A stretch of DNA of 64,000 nt from the human T2T-CHM13v2.0 reference genome, Homo sapiens: NCBI RefSeq assembly GCF_009914755.1, contig NC_060934.1; one strand, written 5' to 3'. The notes below the pieces were generated by a model that was not told the DNA's origin, did no database searches, and was given only the letters and a program-made list of their open reading frames with translations. Positions within the stretch are counted from its first letter, which is position 1; each line of letters opens with the position of its first letter. The translations under genes were made by a program, and so were the position numbers. Positions 29,375-45,070 of this stretch are shown piece by piece.

Positions 29375-29860
29375 CTTAGAAACAGCTTTATTGAGAAATA
29401 ATTTATATACTATAAAATTCACCCATTTTAACTGTACAGTTTAAAGATTCCTAGAAAATTTACAGAGTTGTACAACCATGATCACACTCTAATTTTAGAA
29501 CATTTTCATTACGCTAAAAAGATCCCTGGTGCCCATTCGCAGTCATTCCCATTCCTACTCCAAGTTCCGAGAAGCTACCAGTCTACTTTCTGTCTCCTGA
29601 TAGTTTCCTTTTTTGGATGTTTCTTATAAATGGAATGATAAAATATGTGGTCTTTTGTGACTGGCTTCTTTCACTTAGCATAATGTTTTAAGATTCATTC
29701 ATGTTGCTGCAGGTATCAGTACTTCATACTTTTTATGGCTGAATACGATTCCATTGTGTGGGTATACCACATTTTTTATCCATTAACAGGTTGATGGACA
29801 TTTGGGTTGCTTACAGTTTGGGGCTATTATGAAGAATGGACATGAAGAATTTTTGAAGCG
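29375..29860 (-). mobile_element. L1MB/MC-like 3' end fragment
   Basis: cagctttattgag...aaattcacccatttta...ctggcttctttcacttagcataatg...gatggacatttgggttg. Confidence 0.8.
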
Positions 29861-30889
29861 TGGCTAGATAAATGGTTAGCACAAGTAGGCTTTTGAAGAA
29901 GGGACATGATTCTGGGCCAGATGACTTATTTTGTTTAGAGGAATAATTTGAGTGATTGAAAAAATAGAATACGAAGGGAAAAGGACAAGAATGGCACAAG
30001 AAGTATTAGACTTACAGGGAAAGGAGATCTCTGACATTTACCCATACAGACCCTAGTATTTCAAAGGCATTGTATAGCCATGCCGGCTAGGCTATAGAGC
30101 AGCAAAGGTCTACAGAGGAGCAAAGGGTAACATCCCACTCTCTTCCCCAGTCTTGCAGGCACAAACGCAGTTGGCATAGCCTTGAGGCTGATTTTTCCAG
30201 ATGAACCAGGAAGACCCTTGGTTTTTGGCAGATTTAATAACCAACATTCAAACAAGGCACTTTAAAAAATCTACAATTCGAGAGGATTTCCTGGCACTAT
30301 ATAAAACCCCTTCCATCAATGGGAGTTGTTCTCCCTTCTTGAATTGGAGTGTTCATTAAGTCCATAAAATGGAAAGCACATGTAGGATAATAACACAGAT
30401 ATTTTGTGTTAGAGAAAAGTTATGAAGCATGGCATCGAAAGAGGTTAGAAAAAAAAAATTCACTAAAAACAATCATGAAATGGTAAAGAAAATTCCCATC
30501 CTCAACCCATCTGCATCAAATGAAGATGCTGCTGACAGTAGATATTAAAAGAGATGTTGAACACATAAGGTCCAGGTGGCCGCAATGCTTTCCTTTTATC
30601 CCTTCCTACATAGATAGATGGAAGGGACTCGGCACAATAAAAAGAAGGAGCATGTAGAAAAACATGGGCGATTTGAGACCTTCCAAGGCAGAGCAGGCCA
30701 GTAAAGGTGAAGCAGCTGGAAGCCTTTTTTCTCCACCAGGAAAGGAGGATAGAGAGCAAGGGAGGTTTTAAGTGGGAGATGCTGCGCGTGCTTTCCCCAT
30801 AAATTCTGAGGGCAGTGCACAGTATTCCAAGTTGTGTAGCTTCTCACATGCAAGCTAGGCCCAGAACCACTTGAGTTCACAACTATTTC

Positions 30890-31257
<368 letters not shown>

Positions 31258-31539
31258 CACAGCTATTTCTTGAAAATGAGTTCAACAATGTGGACCTTCT
31301 GTGTGTGCAAGGGAATATGCCTTATATTCATCCTCTATTCTATCACCTGACAAGAACGAAACAGAGTTCAATGGTCTAAATTTGCATTCACGTGCAGGGT
31401 TCCTAGAAATGATGATCCTGCATAATTGTTGTGGAAATCATTTGTCTTCTATTGGATTCATGAAGGCTTAAACACATGGTCAGGGGATCAGACTCACTAA
31501 TAGCTCTTTTATGTTTCTTCCACTTATTGAGATAAAATC

Positions 31540-31872
<333 letters not shown>

Positions 31873-33253
31873 TAGAGAAAAATAGAGACGTGACATGTAG
31901 CCTGCATAGCTTTTTTGAATTCTTTTACAATCACTCTGTACCAGTACGTGTTGTCAACAAAATGCAGCAAAATAAAGAGTTGCATGATAATTTTAATGCA
32001 TGACCAATGAAGATTGAAGCCAGCCTGTTGGGTTAATCCTGTTTTGTTTCAATCCTAGTCTTTCCCCTCAGGAGCTAGGTTTTTGGCTGGACTGACTGGA
32101 TAATTGTTGCAGGAATCTCTTTCCATCTTCATGTATGAAAGCAGTGATGGGGTATGTGATTAAACCATGTTAGACAATATGATTAGGCCATGCCATTATT
32201 CTTTCACAGTTGCAAAGGTAAGCTATATTTCTCAGGCTGTCATCCCCACAGCTAATGCTTTGTGTAAGTCTTCAGGGAGCAGCTCACATGTGCTGATGAC
32301 AAGTTCAGTTCACAGTGTGACTTGTCCAACACAGGATGTCTGCCGTGTCTTTGAACGCTATAGATTATTTGCTTTGCTGGTTTTTGTGTTTTAAATACGT
32401 GGAACCGTACAATGTGTACTCTTCTGTGTTTGTAAGATGCATCCTTAGTGTTGTGCGTAGCTGTCCTTTGTTCATTCTCATTGCCGTGTGGTATTCCATT
32501 GTGTAAAGACATCACAATTTATTTACCCAGACTACCACTGATGGGCAGTTGGGTGTCTCAATATTTATAGCAACTGTGTGAGGTAGGTGCTATTATTCCA
32601 TCCATTTTGCTGACGGGGAGATTGAAGCTACGAGTGGCTTTAGAATTGATTACCTCAAGTCACACAGGTCATTTCGTGGTTGAGCCAGACCTTGAGCCAA
32701 GGTAGCCCAGGCTCCCTACCCTCACCCTTTTATGCCTCAGTGTCTGACTGAGCTATTTAGTGAAGCACTTCTTTGATCTGTCTCTGTCTTTCTTTTCTCC
32801 CTCTAAAGGACTGCCTCTGAAGGAAAAATCCAGGTCACCAGGCTACACAGGGACTCATCTCTACCCCTGGGACTAAAGCTTGGCTCTCAGATCCAGTTTT
32901 CTGAGCTTAGGGTAGGGCTATCCCCAGTGACCCCATTCATTCACCTGCCATGTCTGAATCCATGGGAAATCCTTTGTAGGCTCAAGCTGAGCCCCCCACT
33001 TCAAAAGCATATTTAAAAGCCAAATTAACCCCAGAGAGGAGAGTTGAGCTTGTCTCTGTGTTGGTATATTTTTGGCTTTAACTGTTCAGGCTCTACTCTT
33101 TTCAGGCAGAGTATGAGGAAACCTGAGGACTACATTTTTGTTTTGTTTTGCTTTTCCTGTATTAGAATTTTTATTTTCTGTATGGAGTCTTCTCTTTAAT
33201 GTTTGTAGGAAAAGAACTGCCAACTCATATTTTATGTTTTTTAGAAAATTGTC

Positions 33254-33538
33254 AGGCTGAGTGCAGTGGCTCATGCCTGCAATCCTGGCACTTACGGAGG
33301 ACAAGGCGGCTTGAGCCTGGGAGTTTGAGACCAGCCTGTGCAACATAGCAAGACCTCATCCTTACAAAAAAATAAAAACATTAGCTGGGCATGATGATGT
33401 ATACCTGCAGTCTCAGCTACTCGGGAAGCTGGTGGTGGGAGGATCGCTTGAGCCTGGGAGGTTGAGGCTACAGTGAGCCACAATTGTACCACTGCACTCC
33501 AGCTTGAGTGACAGAGTGAGACCCTGTCTCAAAAAAAA
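33254..33538 (+). mobile_element. Alu (AluJ-like)
   Basis: Diverged dimer. Confidence 0.9.
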
Positions 33539-34779
33539 TTTTATTTTTTCACAATGCATGTTTCTTTCTGTTGTTTCCACAGAAACATTCAGGTAGAGGC
33601 TACAGATTTACATGAAAAGGAAAGATCAGTTTCCTAGCCTTGTGTCAGGAGCCCATGTGAGGCCAGTTCTTGGCTTCTCCTTGGCTGGAAATAGGAGGGT
33701 ACAAATAGGGTCACCTACTCTCAAATTCTGCGGTTCAAATTGTGGTTGGAGATGAGATGTTCTATTTCTGCATCTCTCCTGGACCATCTTAGAGCAGTGC
33801 AAAGTTTACTGGATCTTCCAGTGCATTATTGGCCTTTGGTGTGATGACGAGAGAGCAGGAAGGAGGTCTCCAGCTCCTTTTCTGAGTTCAGATGTTCCCT
33901 AGCCCAAGAAGACTAATCATGCACCTGGTTTCCTGCTCTGAAAAATAAGAAGTGATTTTGGCAGCCTTTGAATCTGGATGGAAGGTGGTTTTTTTTTTTT
34001 TTCAGTAACAAAGGTAGTTGTGTATGTATGTACAGAGATAGATTAAAACAATTTTTTTTCCTAGAAGCATTTTACAAAAGTTAAGTGTGCAAGCTATCCT
34101 GTCGAACTTTGTCCTTTTTTTTCTAGACACTCCTTTACACTGTGGAATCTGTGAGTAGTGCCAGCCAGGAGGAGAGTGGCAACTTTCCAAAAAAAAAAAA
34201 AAAAAAAGAGGCCCTTTTACCCATTGGTTAATAGAGGGGGAGGGTGCAGCTATTTAGGAACATCTGAATCCTGTCATTCTGGAGTCTGGAATCCCCTTCT
34301 CTTCCCCCTCCAAGGTCTTCGTATAGCTCACCTCACACCCAGTACACACACCCGCTCCTGGGATACTGTATCCTATTCAGCCACCTCCTAGCCAGTGGAC
34401 CACCTCATAACTAATGTCAAGGTTATGTGTAAAATCTGAATGTGCTTAGATCTTGATAGGAAAATTATCTAAACTTTGAAAAATTGCTATGTCTACAATT
34501 TCAGAACTGGTTGTCGACTCATGAGACGACACTTACTGTTGTCCCGTGATTTAATTGTTTTTACCAACTAACAATTTGGAACCAAGGCTTTTAAACCATC
34601 CCTTCTGATGAACGTCAGAGAAGAGGGGCATTCCTTTGAAAAGAATTCCTAAACAGAATTTTTATAAATGGAGTACAAAATAGCACGAGGAACAGTGAGA
34701 AACATCTTCAGGATTCCCATGGCCTAGGCATGGAATAAATGCAAGGTTAGGGCTTATTTTCTGAGAAATAAACCCTTAG

Positions 34780-34915
34780 TAGGATGCTAGATAAAACACA
34801 GGACATCCAGCTAAATTTGAACTTCAGACAAACAAGAAATACTTTTTTGATATAAGTATGTCTCAAATATTGCATGGGGCATCCTATGTTTTTATTTGTT
34901 AAATCTGGTCATTTT
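34780..34915. mobile_element. MER53-like element, internally deleted
   Basis: agataaaacacaggacatccagctaaatttgaacttcaga...tataagtatgtctcaaatattgcatggg. Confidence 0.75.
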
Positions 34916-35324
34916 AACTAGGTTTGCAATATATTTTCAGCACAATTTCAACAGTTCATATTTGCTGAGTACTTTGGGCATGATGGTTAGAGTCAGAGGT
35001 GACTTTAGGAGCTGCAGGCCTTGTGTGTGTCCCTTTCACCACTATCCCCACAGCCCCAAGTACAATCTTTGGCATATAGTTGAGCTCAATAAATATATTT
35101 TGAAAAAATTAATCAAAATGATAAAATAAGTATGGACTATGACTAACTGATGATGCTTATGACGTAGGTGGGAATACAGGCTCCTATATTAAAAAAGTTA
35201 TTGTGGCTAATACTATCTTATTTTGGATTTTAACTGGTTAATTTGCTTAATAGACTAGCCCACTTGGTTGAAGGATTCAAATTCTAAATATACGAAAGGT
35301 TATTTCCATTTCAAAAAGTGATGC

Positions 35325-35690
35325 AGAAAGACAGATAGCATGTTCTCTCACTCATATGTGGATTCTAAAGATGACCGCATAGAAATAGAGAGTAGAATAG
35401 TGGTTACCAGAGGCTGGTAACGATAGAAGGGAAGGGAGGATGAATACAGTTACATAGGAGGAATAAGTCCTGGTGTTCCATTGCACAGTGAAGTGCCTAT
35501 AGTAGCTAGAAGAGAGGATGTTGAATGTTCTCAGCATGAAGAAATGATAAGTGTTTGAGGTGATGGAATGCTTACCCTGATTTCATCATTACACAAGGTA
35601 TACATGTATCGAAATATCACCTTGTACTTCATATATATGTACAGTTATGTCTCAATTAAAAATTTAAAAAACTCTTAAAAAGAAAAAAGA
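35325..35690 (+). mobile_element. L1MA-like 3' UTR fragment
   Basis: catgttctctcactcatatgtgg...agagagtagaatagtggttaccagaggctgg...A-rich tail. Confidence 0.85.
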
Positions 35691-36164
35691 ATCAAGAGAG
35701 AAGAATACAAAAAATGATGATTAAGTGGAAATTAAACCATAGTTTTATCTGGATTTGATGTAATTTTTTAAATGATTTGATTTAGACTGTGCTATTGGAC
35801 AATGCCACCTATTTTCTTTCATATACACTTTTATTCTAATGTTCTAATCAATTAAGTCCTGTATATTTAATATTCATTTCTGTCAGGGTTGAATTTGATC
35901 CAGGAGAAATGGATGTGTACTAACTAGTCAGGTGTAACTGGAATCTTACTATAAAGTAAAAATTATTGTAGGCCTTCTAAGGAATTTATAATTCATTAAA
36001 ATACATATAATAACACTAAAAAGCTAATTAATATATAATATTCTAGTTAAAAATTAGGCATATATGACTATATGCAATAGTGTGGAAAACAATTAGGCAT
36101 GGAAATTATTGTTAGAGTTTATTATTTTTCAAAAGATAATGATAAAACACACCTGTAAATTTAA

Positions 36165-36610
<446 letters not shown>

Positions 36611-36914
36611 AGAACTATGGAAATTTCTAAGAAACAAAAACCCAAACAGTCCTTCTTATTCAGACTTCTTTGTAAAACCGACCAAAATAACTCTCTCTTT
36701 TTCTTAATTGCTTGAAGTGATACTCACATTCAGTTCCACTAGTTGTCTCTAAGCAGTGGTATAACCAGAATAATTGGAGTCCCACCTGAAAGAAAAGATG
36801 GATAAATTTAACTACCTTAAAAAAAAAAACTGTATGGAAAGCAACTCCATAAACAAGTCAGAAACAACATTATTCACAAAGTTAAGGAATAAAGAACCAG
36901 GGGTCAGGGCCGGG

Positions 36915-37550
<636 letters not shown>

Positions 37551-38589
37551 GAACTGGGAAGATTACATAATATCTTCAGGGCTCCTGCAAATTATAAGAA
37601 AAGACCAATAATGGAATAGAACAAGGGGTAAAGAGTATGAATGAGAGTCCAAAAAAGAAAAAGGAAAAAATACAAACAGTCGTAGACATAATAAAAGGTG
37701 TAAGGTGTACAATATAGCTTATAATAGAAATTTAAACTAAAATCACATTGAAATACCATTGTTCATTCATCAGATTGGTAGAAATCCAAAAGTCTTGATA
37801 TACTCTGTGGCAATGCTGTTGGGAACTGAAACTCCCATCCATCGCTGGTAGGAGTATAGATTGGTGTAATATTCTATAATGGACAATTTAGTTATATCTA
37901 TTGATATGACAGATGTTCATACTGATTGACCTAGTAATCCACGTCTAGCAATTAATCCCACAGATATATTTTCACATGCAAAAAATTAAGTATAAGGTTA
38001 TTAATTATTGCAATGTTTGTAATAATAAAAGACTGGAAATCATCCAAGTATTCATCAAAAAAGAGCTAGTTAAATATATATTCATACACCGGAACATTAT
38101 GCAAGGGTAAAATGAATGAGAAAACTCTCTGTACTGATGTGGAAAGATTTGCCAAGACAGATCTGAAAAAGGTGTGTAATAGTGTGGAAAGGAGGATTAA
38201 GCAAATAAATGCCTATTTTAAAATTTATGCATAAAAAACTGACAGAGCATGTAAGGAACGAATAGAAATGACCATCTACTTTTAGAAGTGAGGAGGAGGG
38301 AGGCTAGAGAGATGGGGGCGGAGGCAGAAGTGGCAGCATGGCTTCTGCATACCTGCTTGTGTATATATCTTTTCAGTTTTTGAGCCATGTGGATGTGACT
38401 TATGCAATAATTAAATAATTAAGAAGAATATAGCATGAGCTAGGTCCAGAAGCCAGAGAGAACAGGGATATCTGGGGGAATTTCAGGGGTTAGATTGATA
38501 GGTGTGCAGAATGTGAAGGTGGAGTGGTAAGAGATGAGATGAAAAGACCCATTTTAATTATCATTAAAAACAACTATTTTTCTTTTTCT

Positions 38590-38825
38590 AACATTTATTG
38601 AGAGCTTAACTAAGAGCCAGACCCTGTGCTTTTATGTACATTTCCTCATTTAATCCTCATAACAGTTCAGTAAGGCTGCAGCTGTTATTACAATCATTTT
38701 ATAAGTGAAGGAACAGAGAGGTTAAGTAATTTACTTAAGGGCATACAGCAGTTGGCCACTGGTGGAATCAGTATGCACAACCCATCATGACCCTGTGTTC
38801 ATGCTCTTAACTTTTGTACCATTCT
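38590..38825 (-). mobile_element. MIR
   Basis: acatttattgagagctt...tcatttaatcctcataac...gagaggttaagtaatttac. Confidence 0.75.
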
Positions 38826-39294
38826 GCTTGTTCAAGGGAACATACATCCAACTGAGGGAGGTGGGGTGAGGGGCAAGAGTTTCTATCTTTCTACACAGTG
38901 AATTTTATTAATTCTGTAGAGCTCATCTTACAGTACTACCAAGTATGGCTGCCCCCAAATCTGTGACTCAGCCAAGATTATTTTTAAATATTTCCCATTC
39001 TTATGACCTATCCACCACTTTGGCACCTATCCTCTTCCAAGACTATCTCAGCATCTGGCTCGCTACCTTTGACCATAACAAACATTTGAATAACAAACCA
39101 AGTTTATGAAGTATCATGGGCATGACAAATTAGTTTAAGAAACATTCATTCAGTAAATTTTGAACCCCCATAGTATTCCAGGCATACAGATTCAAAGATA
39201 AACGTGAGCAAAGCAGCCTCTCTGGTGTTCCCATCTGGTGAAGAAGGCCGACATGTCAGCAAAAATCCATATTTAACCTACGTTCTCTTATATT

Positions 39295-39495
39295 GGTTAG
39301 TGTTACCTAGATTTGCCTAAGCATTAAAATCACTTGAGACACTTAAAAAAAAAAAAAGGCAACAACATAAAAACCCTAGTTTCTTGGGCCCTACCGCCGA
39401 CCACTTGAATGAGAATTTCCTGGGGATGGTCCTGGGAATGTGTATTTTTAACAAGTGCCCATGAGAGTCTTAAATTAGGTAAGTTTGGGAAATGA
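39295..39495. mobile_element. MER5-like relic
   Basis: aatcacttgag...ctgggaatgtgtattttaacaag...aagtttgggaa. Confidence 0.6.
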
Positions 39496-39657
39496 GATAT
39501 CAGTAGAAACAGGATACTGTGGGGTCAGAGGAGGAAGTTGCTCAGTCTGTCTGTAGGTGGGAAGATTAGCCAAAGCCTCACAGCAATGTTTAGGCCACAC
39601 CTTAATGAGTGAGTAAGCACCCAAGGAGAAAGGACTTTCCAAGCAAGGAGAATTTTA

Positions 39658-39815
39658 AAAATTAGCCAGGTATGGTCGGTGCACACCTGTAGTCACAGCT
39701 ACTTGGAAGGCTGAGGTGGGAAGATCACTTGAGTTCAGTGAGCCATGAACATGCCACTGCACTGCAGCCTGTGTGACAGAGTAAGCAAGACCCTGTCTCT
39801 AAAAAAAATAAAATT
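39658..39815 (+). mobile_element. Partial Alu right arm
   Basis: aattagccagg...cactgcactgcagcct...accctgtctct plus A-rich tail. Confidence 0.85.
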
Positions 39816-39859
39816 AAAGGGAATTTTACTCTACTGGCAAAGAAGAGAATGGCTTCATG

Positions 39860-40440
39860 GAAGAGAGGGAGTCCAGTTCAAAGGCTGTCAGGAAGACTTC
39901 TGGGAGCAATTAGCTAACTAACAGTGATGGAATGGCGTTTAGCTGAAATTTGCAAGACTTGATAGATTAATTTTTTTAATGAAGGAGACAAGCAATAGGA
40001 TGGCTCCTAGCTTACAAAATGGGGAGAAGTGTGGGTCATCGCTAGTGGTGAGGAATATGGGAAAAGGAGCAAAGGGTGATGATAGGAAGATGAATTCCAT
40101 CTTGATCCTGCTGAGTTTCAGTGGCTCTGGGGGGAATCATACCTACTAGGCATTTGGATATCTGAAGATAGAGATTTGGGAGCCCGCAGCATATGGATGG
40201 TAGACAAAGCCTTGGAAGCAGGTACAAATCACTGAGGGGTGTAGGGAGGAAGAGTAGAAGAGTGCTGAAGGCAGAGCTATGGATCCCTGACCCTAAAGAG
40301 AGATGGAGGAAGAGAGGAATATGGCAAGGAGTCTATGGAAGAGCGATGAGAAGACAGAAAAGCTCTGAGAGAGAACATTATCTTGGAAGCTGAAGAGAGA
40401 GTTTTCCAGAAAAAGAGTGGTCAATGGGAAGAAATGGAAG
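39860..40440 (+). mobile_element. L2 relic
   Basis: Purine-rich diverged L2-type text. Confidence 0.5.
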
Positions 40441-42942
40441 AGAGATGCTGTTTTAGAGATTATTGGCTGCTTGTTGTTTCTGCTTCTAATGCCTTGGTTT
40501 GCCAAATCCAGTCCAGATTCTACATGAATCTCCAGTTAAATGGTCAACCATATAACTGACAGGTTGTCTGATTTTATACAGCTTAAATTCCTAAGAGAAT
40601 CTAATGGGTTCATCCTGTGTGTTGATTTCACTTGGGTCAACCTAGTGCAATAAGCCATTTTATAGGGAGGGTAGCCCGCGAGGTTGAGTCTGTAGCTGTG
40701 GCTGAGCAGATCACTGAGTGTGCAGGGGAAAGAGGATAAACACTGAAGATCTTGCCAATAATCATCATAACAACCCCCAATGTTGATTAGGCACTGTTTT
40801 AAACACCTTACACGTGGTAATTCATTTAATCTGTTTGAATATAATGGTGAGCATGGAAGTCATATTACAGTGAATTGAGTCCTCTACTACTAATAATGAC
40901 AGTAAGTCTCTAGAAAGGCGTTAATCTGACTCTTCCAAAAATGCCCTTTGCTTTGCTCTCCCTTAAAAGGGCAGAATCCTTCCCTGGGTCCACTTTTGAT
41001 GACTGGGTGGGAGACTGTGCCTTCTGATCAAGTTTCCTGAGTTCTTTTAATGGAATCATCAGAATATCACACATAAAATGAGGCCTTGAGCCAGGCTGGC
41101 ATGGCCACACTGAAGTCCTGTGATTCTGTTTACCTGAGAGCATGATGAGTTTATTGGTCTTTCTTAGCCTTAGGAATCTGCCTTTCCAGTGCATGGTGTT
41201 TAGACAGAGTAGCAGCTGAATGAATTTTGAATTTAATTGTTCCCCAGCAGAGAGTGAACAACCTTTGCATATGCCAGCTTTTTGTGTAGACTTTTCAGAA
41301 TGGTGATTTCAGGTCATTTCCAACCGAAGGACTCTTTCAGTTCATAATAACACATATTTTAATTAGCTATCTTTGGATTGTTCATATTTGTGGAGGAAGA
41401 AGCAGTGGAATAACCTACTTGAGAATGTGCTCAGAGCATGTGGCTCGTTTGACATACAAAAGCACTGTATTAAATAAGTGTCCAGTTCGGTCGTTTATTT
41501 AGATTTAGTTGATAACTTGGATTTCAGCACTAACTGAAATGCATTGGTTCACATTAGCTTAATCAATTCTCATAGAATATGGAGAGCTCACCAGAACTAT
41601 AATTACAACAGCACATAATTATTTGATGCTGATTTCAAAGGATATTTTACAAATGCATTTGTGAATGGTAGTTCGTTCTTTTAAACGTTTGGACTGCTTT
41701 GGCTTTTTCTGTGGTGGGGCCTAGAAGAAGACAGGTCACAGCAGGTCTCACTTGAAGAAATCTTTAACACAGAACATAAAAGTGACTGTAACTAAAGTTT
41801 GGAACATGTCATTTTACTGAGTACTGACACTAGAGGAGTTTGTTTAAGGATATTCACATCAGTTAACAAATCAACGAAACGTTTATTAAACTTCTGTTAC
41901 TCATTCAACAAATACGTAATGAATACCTACTATAAGTCCAAGTATTCCACATCATCTCTTTTCATCCTTGCAAACATTAGCAGGAACTATAATCCCACAA
42001 TTTTATGAGATGTAGAGAGGTCAGGCTTAGCTTGCTCAAGGTTCTAGTGGAGGCAGAATTTGAACTGCTTCCAAACTGTCCAACATTAAAATCTATATTA
42101 CTTCCTCTTAGCTGGATCTTATCAGGAAATCAAAGCTGTATAAGCTATGGCCCCTTCTGTGTGGGGTTGACAATGACATCTAAAACATCAGACTTAAGTC
42201 TATAAATCTAGAAAACATGAGGCATAAGTCTACACCACCCAGGCAAAGTGCCACAGGATCTCATAGCTACAGGAGTTTAGGAAAGAAGCATCAAGGAAGG
42301 CAGCCAGCACCCATGGGGTTTGTGCTGCTTGGAGAACAGGTGGTATGTGGATAGTTGAGGGCATGGAGAGATGATTCCAGTGGGAAGAGCTGAATGAGAA
42401 AAGGTGCAAAACCACAATGACCAAGCTGTGTCCAGGAAATCATAAACAGACCTGCTGCTGAGAACAAAAGTTCTGTTATCTGAGAGTAGAAAATATGGCT
42501 GAAAGGTAAATGGAACCGGCTTAGCGGAGGGCCTTAAGTTCCAAGCTAAGGATTAGGACTTTGTTCTGTGGTTTATAGGAAGTGATTACAAGTTTTGGAT
42601 ATAAAAGTAACATGATTTAAGGGTGTTTTAGAAAATTAACCTGATTGTCAACTGGAAAAAGAGGTGATAGAGCTGGAAATCAGTAAAGGGGCTCTGGGCC
42701 AGGCAGGGAAATGATGTGATGGCTGCTTTACAACCTTGAGGAAACTCAGAAGGAGTAGGGTTCATGGGGGACTGTGTTCAGGAACAGGTCCAAAAAGTTA
42801 GGCCAGGCCAAGGGGGATATTTACGCACAGCAATGGAGGGCAGGGTAGCTAGAAGGAAAGCATAGTCACAAAGAGAGGCAAAGGCCAGGGCTGGAGAATC
42901 AGTTCATAGCATCAGGAGGGTCTAAGGAGTGAAATGCAACGA

Positions 42943-43291
42943 TGTCTTAGTCCATGCAGGCTGCTATCACAAAATACCATACCCTGGTGGCTTATAAAAA
43001 ACAGAAAGTTATTTCTTGCAGGTCTGGAGGCTGAGAAGTCCAAGAGCAAGGAACTTACAGATTCAGTGTCTGGTGAGGGCTGCCTTCTTGCTATAAGCTC
43101 ACATGGAGGAAAAACGGCCAGGTGGCTCTGTGGGGCCTCTTCATAAGAGCACTAATTCCATTCATCAGGGCTCCTCCCTCATGATCTAATTACCTGCCAA
43201 AGGCCCAACCCAATCCTATCACATTAGGCATTATGTTTTTCACAAGCGAATATAAAGGGCAAAGGGAACAAAAAATAATTAGACCATAGCA
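42943..43291 (-). mobile_element. MaLR solo LTR (MLT1A-like)
   Basis: TG...CA termini: tgtcttagtcc...ctggaggctgagaagtccaag...gcactaattccattcat...accatagca. Confidence 0.85.
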
Positions 43292-44689
43292 GCCTGTACA
43301 TAAAAAATGAGCAGGTTAGGGGGCAAAAGGCAAGGGGAGGACCCGCAACAAGTTCTGCTACAGAATGTGACACAAACTGAGGCACCCGGGTCAGGACCAA
43401 GGCTGAACATCATTTGGCAGCCAGCTTACTGCCTACTGTGGGATAAGCCTGAAGGTTGAAGTGGAAGTCACAGGAACCAAGACATGAAGGGTCTAAGTCA
43501 GAATGCTGACAGTGGAAATTGCAAGAAAGTTCTTATGTGATAGAGATCATGAAGAAAGACTCAACAGGATGTGCGGATACATAATTAGATCAATGATACA
43601 TAATTAGAGAGGAAGGAGAGCAGTAGGTCCTATAAGCCCTCGTCGTCATTTTAAAAGCAAGCCATGTTCCAAGGGTAAATTTGGAAACTAGTTATTTGGG
43701 CTTTGGAAAAGTTTTATCACAAAGAGCCCTTTTCCATAAGGAGATGCTTTTTAAAAATATCAGTCTCACAGGTCAGGAGTATTGCTACACCCAGGATAGC
43801 CATGAAATCTAAACTTCCCCTGGCCTCACTGTCTTTCCACCTGCTATCTCCATCCAAATCTGGCTTCACGTGATGGCTTTTGGGTCCAGATGTGAAGATC
43901 TGTGAGCATCTATGGGTGTGGAAACCCCTCTCCTGAGGTCCTGGGGAATAGCTCCACATGCATATACACTCCCAACTTCAGCTATGAAATTCTCTATCTT
44001 GGGTCCATTCGAGGGCAGGATGCAATTTCAGGATTATTTGGTCCAAAAATATTTGCTCTTTTACCCTGCAATATTCTCTGTCTAATTGCTTCTCTTCCAT
44101 TGTCCTGTTTCAAAAAACATAGCTCTTTTGAGTATTTGCCCTTCTGTGGAGTTTCAAACCTCCTTCTTTCTCCTCTTTTCTATTTCCTGGGCTCTCTCTA
44201 TATGGAAAATTAAAGGCTATGTATGTTATAATAGGAGGCTTGAGGACATACAAAGGGCTGAATGAAAATTAATCTCACCTCCACTTTGGAGAGACAAAAG
44301 GGACTCAGAAGAGAACACTGCTAGGTCTCACTGGCTTTCTCTCAAAACAGAATCTCACTTGTGATATTTTTAAATGTTGTCCATAAATATCATAGATATG
44401 CCTATACTTGTTGTATGCACACCCAGCTGCTCTACCAGTGTCTTGTCCATTAATTTTTCTGTTTTTTCTGCTTTATTTCATGATATGCTTATGAAAGGAT
44501 TTCTCATATAACTCCAAGCAATTTTAACCCTTAAATTAAAAGTAAAATAATAAAGTTAGCTATTTTAAGAAATGTGATCACGAAGGATAAAGAATCCAGC
44601 AATGCAGAAACTGAAGTGATTATGAAATGTTTAGGTTTTCGTGATTTTGTTTGTTGCTAAATCTTACTAAAATGCACTTTTTTAAACAA

Positions 44690-45070
44690 TTAGACTTTTT
44701 ATTTTTTTAGAAGTTTTGGATTTACAGAAAAGTTGAGAAGATGGTGCAAGGAGTTCCCATGGACCCTGACACCTAGTTTACTCTATTAGTAACTTTCACA
44801 TTAGTGTGGTACAATGAATGAACCAAATATACATTGTCATTAACTGAAGTCCGTACTTTCTTTAGATTTCCTTAATTTTCACCTAACATTTTTCTGTTCA
44901 AGGATCCTATCCCATGTTACATTTAGTTTTGTCTCCTTAGGTTCCTCTTGGCAGTGACAATTTCTCAGCCTTTCCTTGGTTTTGATGACCTTGACAGTTT
45001 TGAGGAGTACAGGTCAGACACTTTGTAGAATGCCCTTCTTGGAGTTTGTGTGGTGTTTTCTGGTGATTAG
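44690..45070 (-). mobile_element. Old L1M 3'-end fragment
   Basis: tttacagaaaagttgagaag...gttttgatgaccttgacagttttgaggagtac..gtcag. Confidence 0.7.

Noticed and set aside
33583-33592. 10-nt microexon-like pattern ttccacag|aaacattcag|gtagag
   Set aside because: Weak donor and frameshifting; such patterns arise by chance in a 49-kb intron
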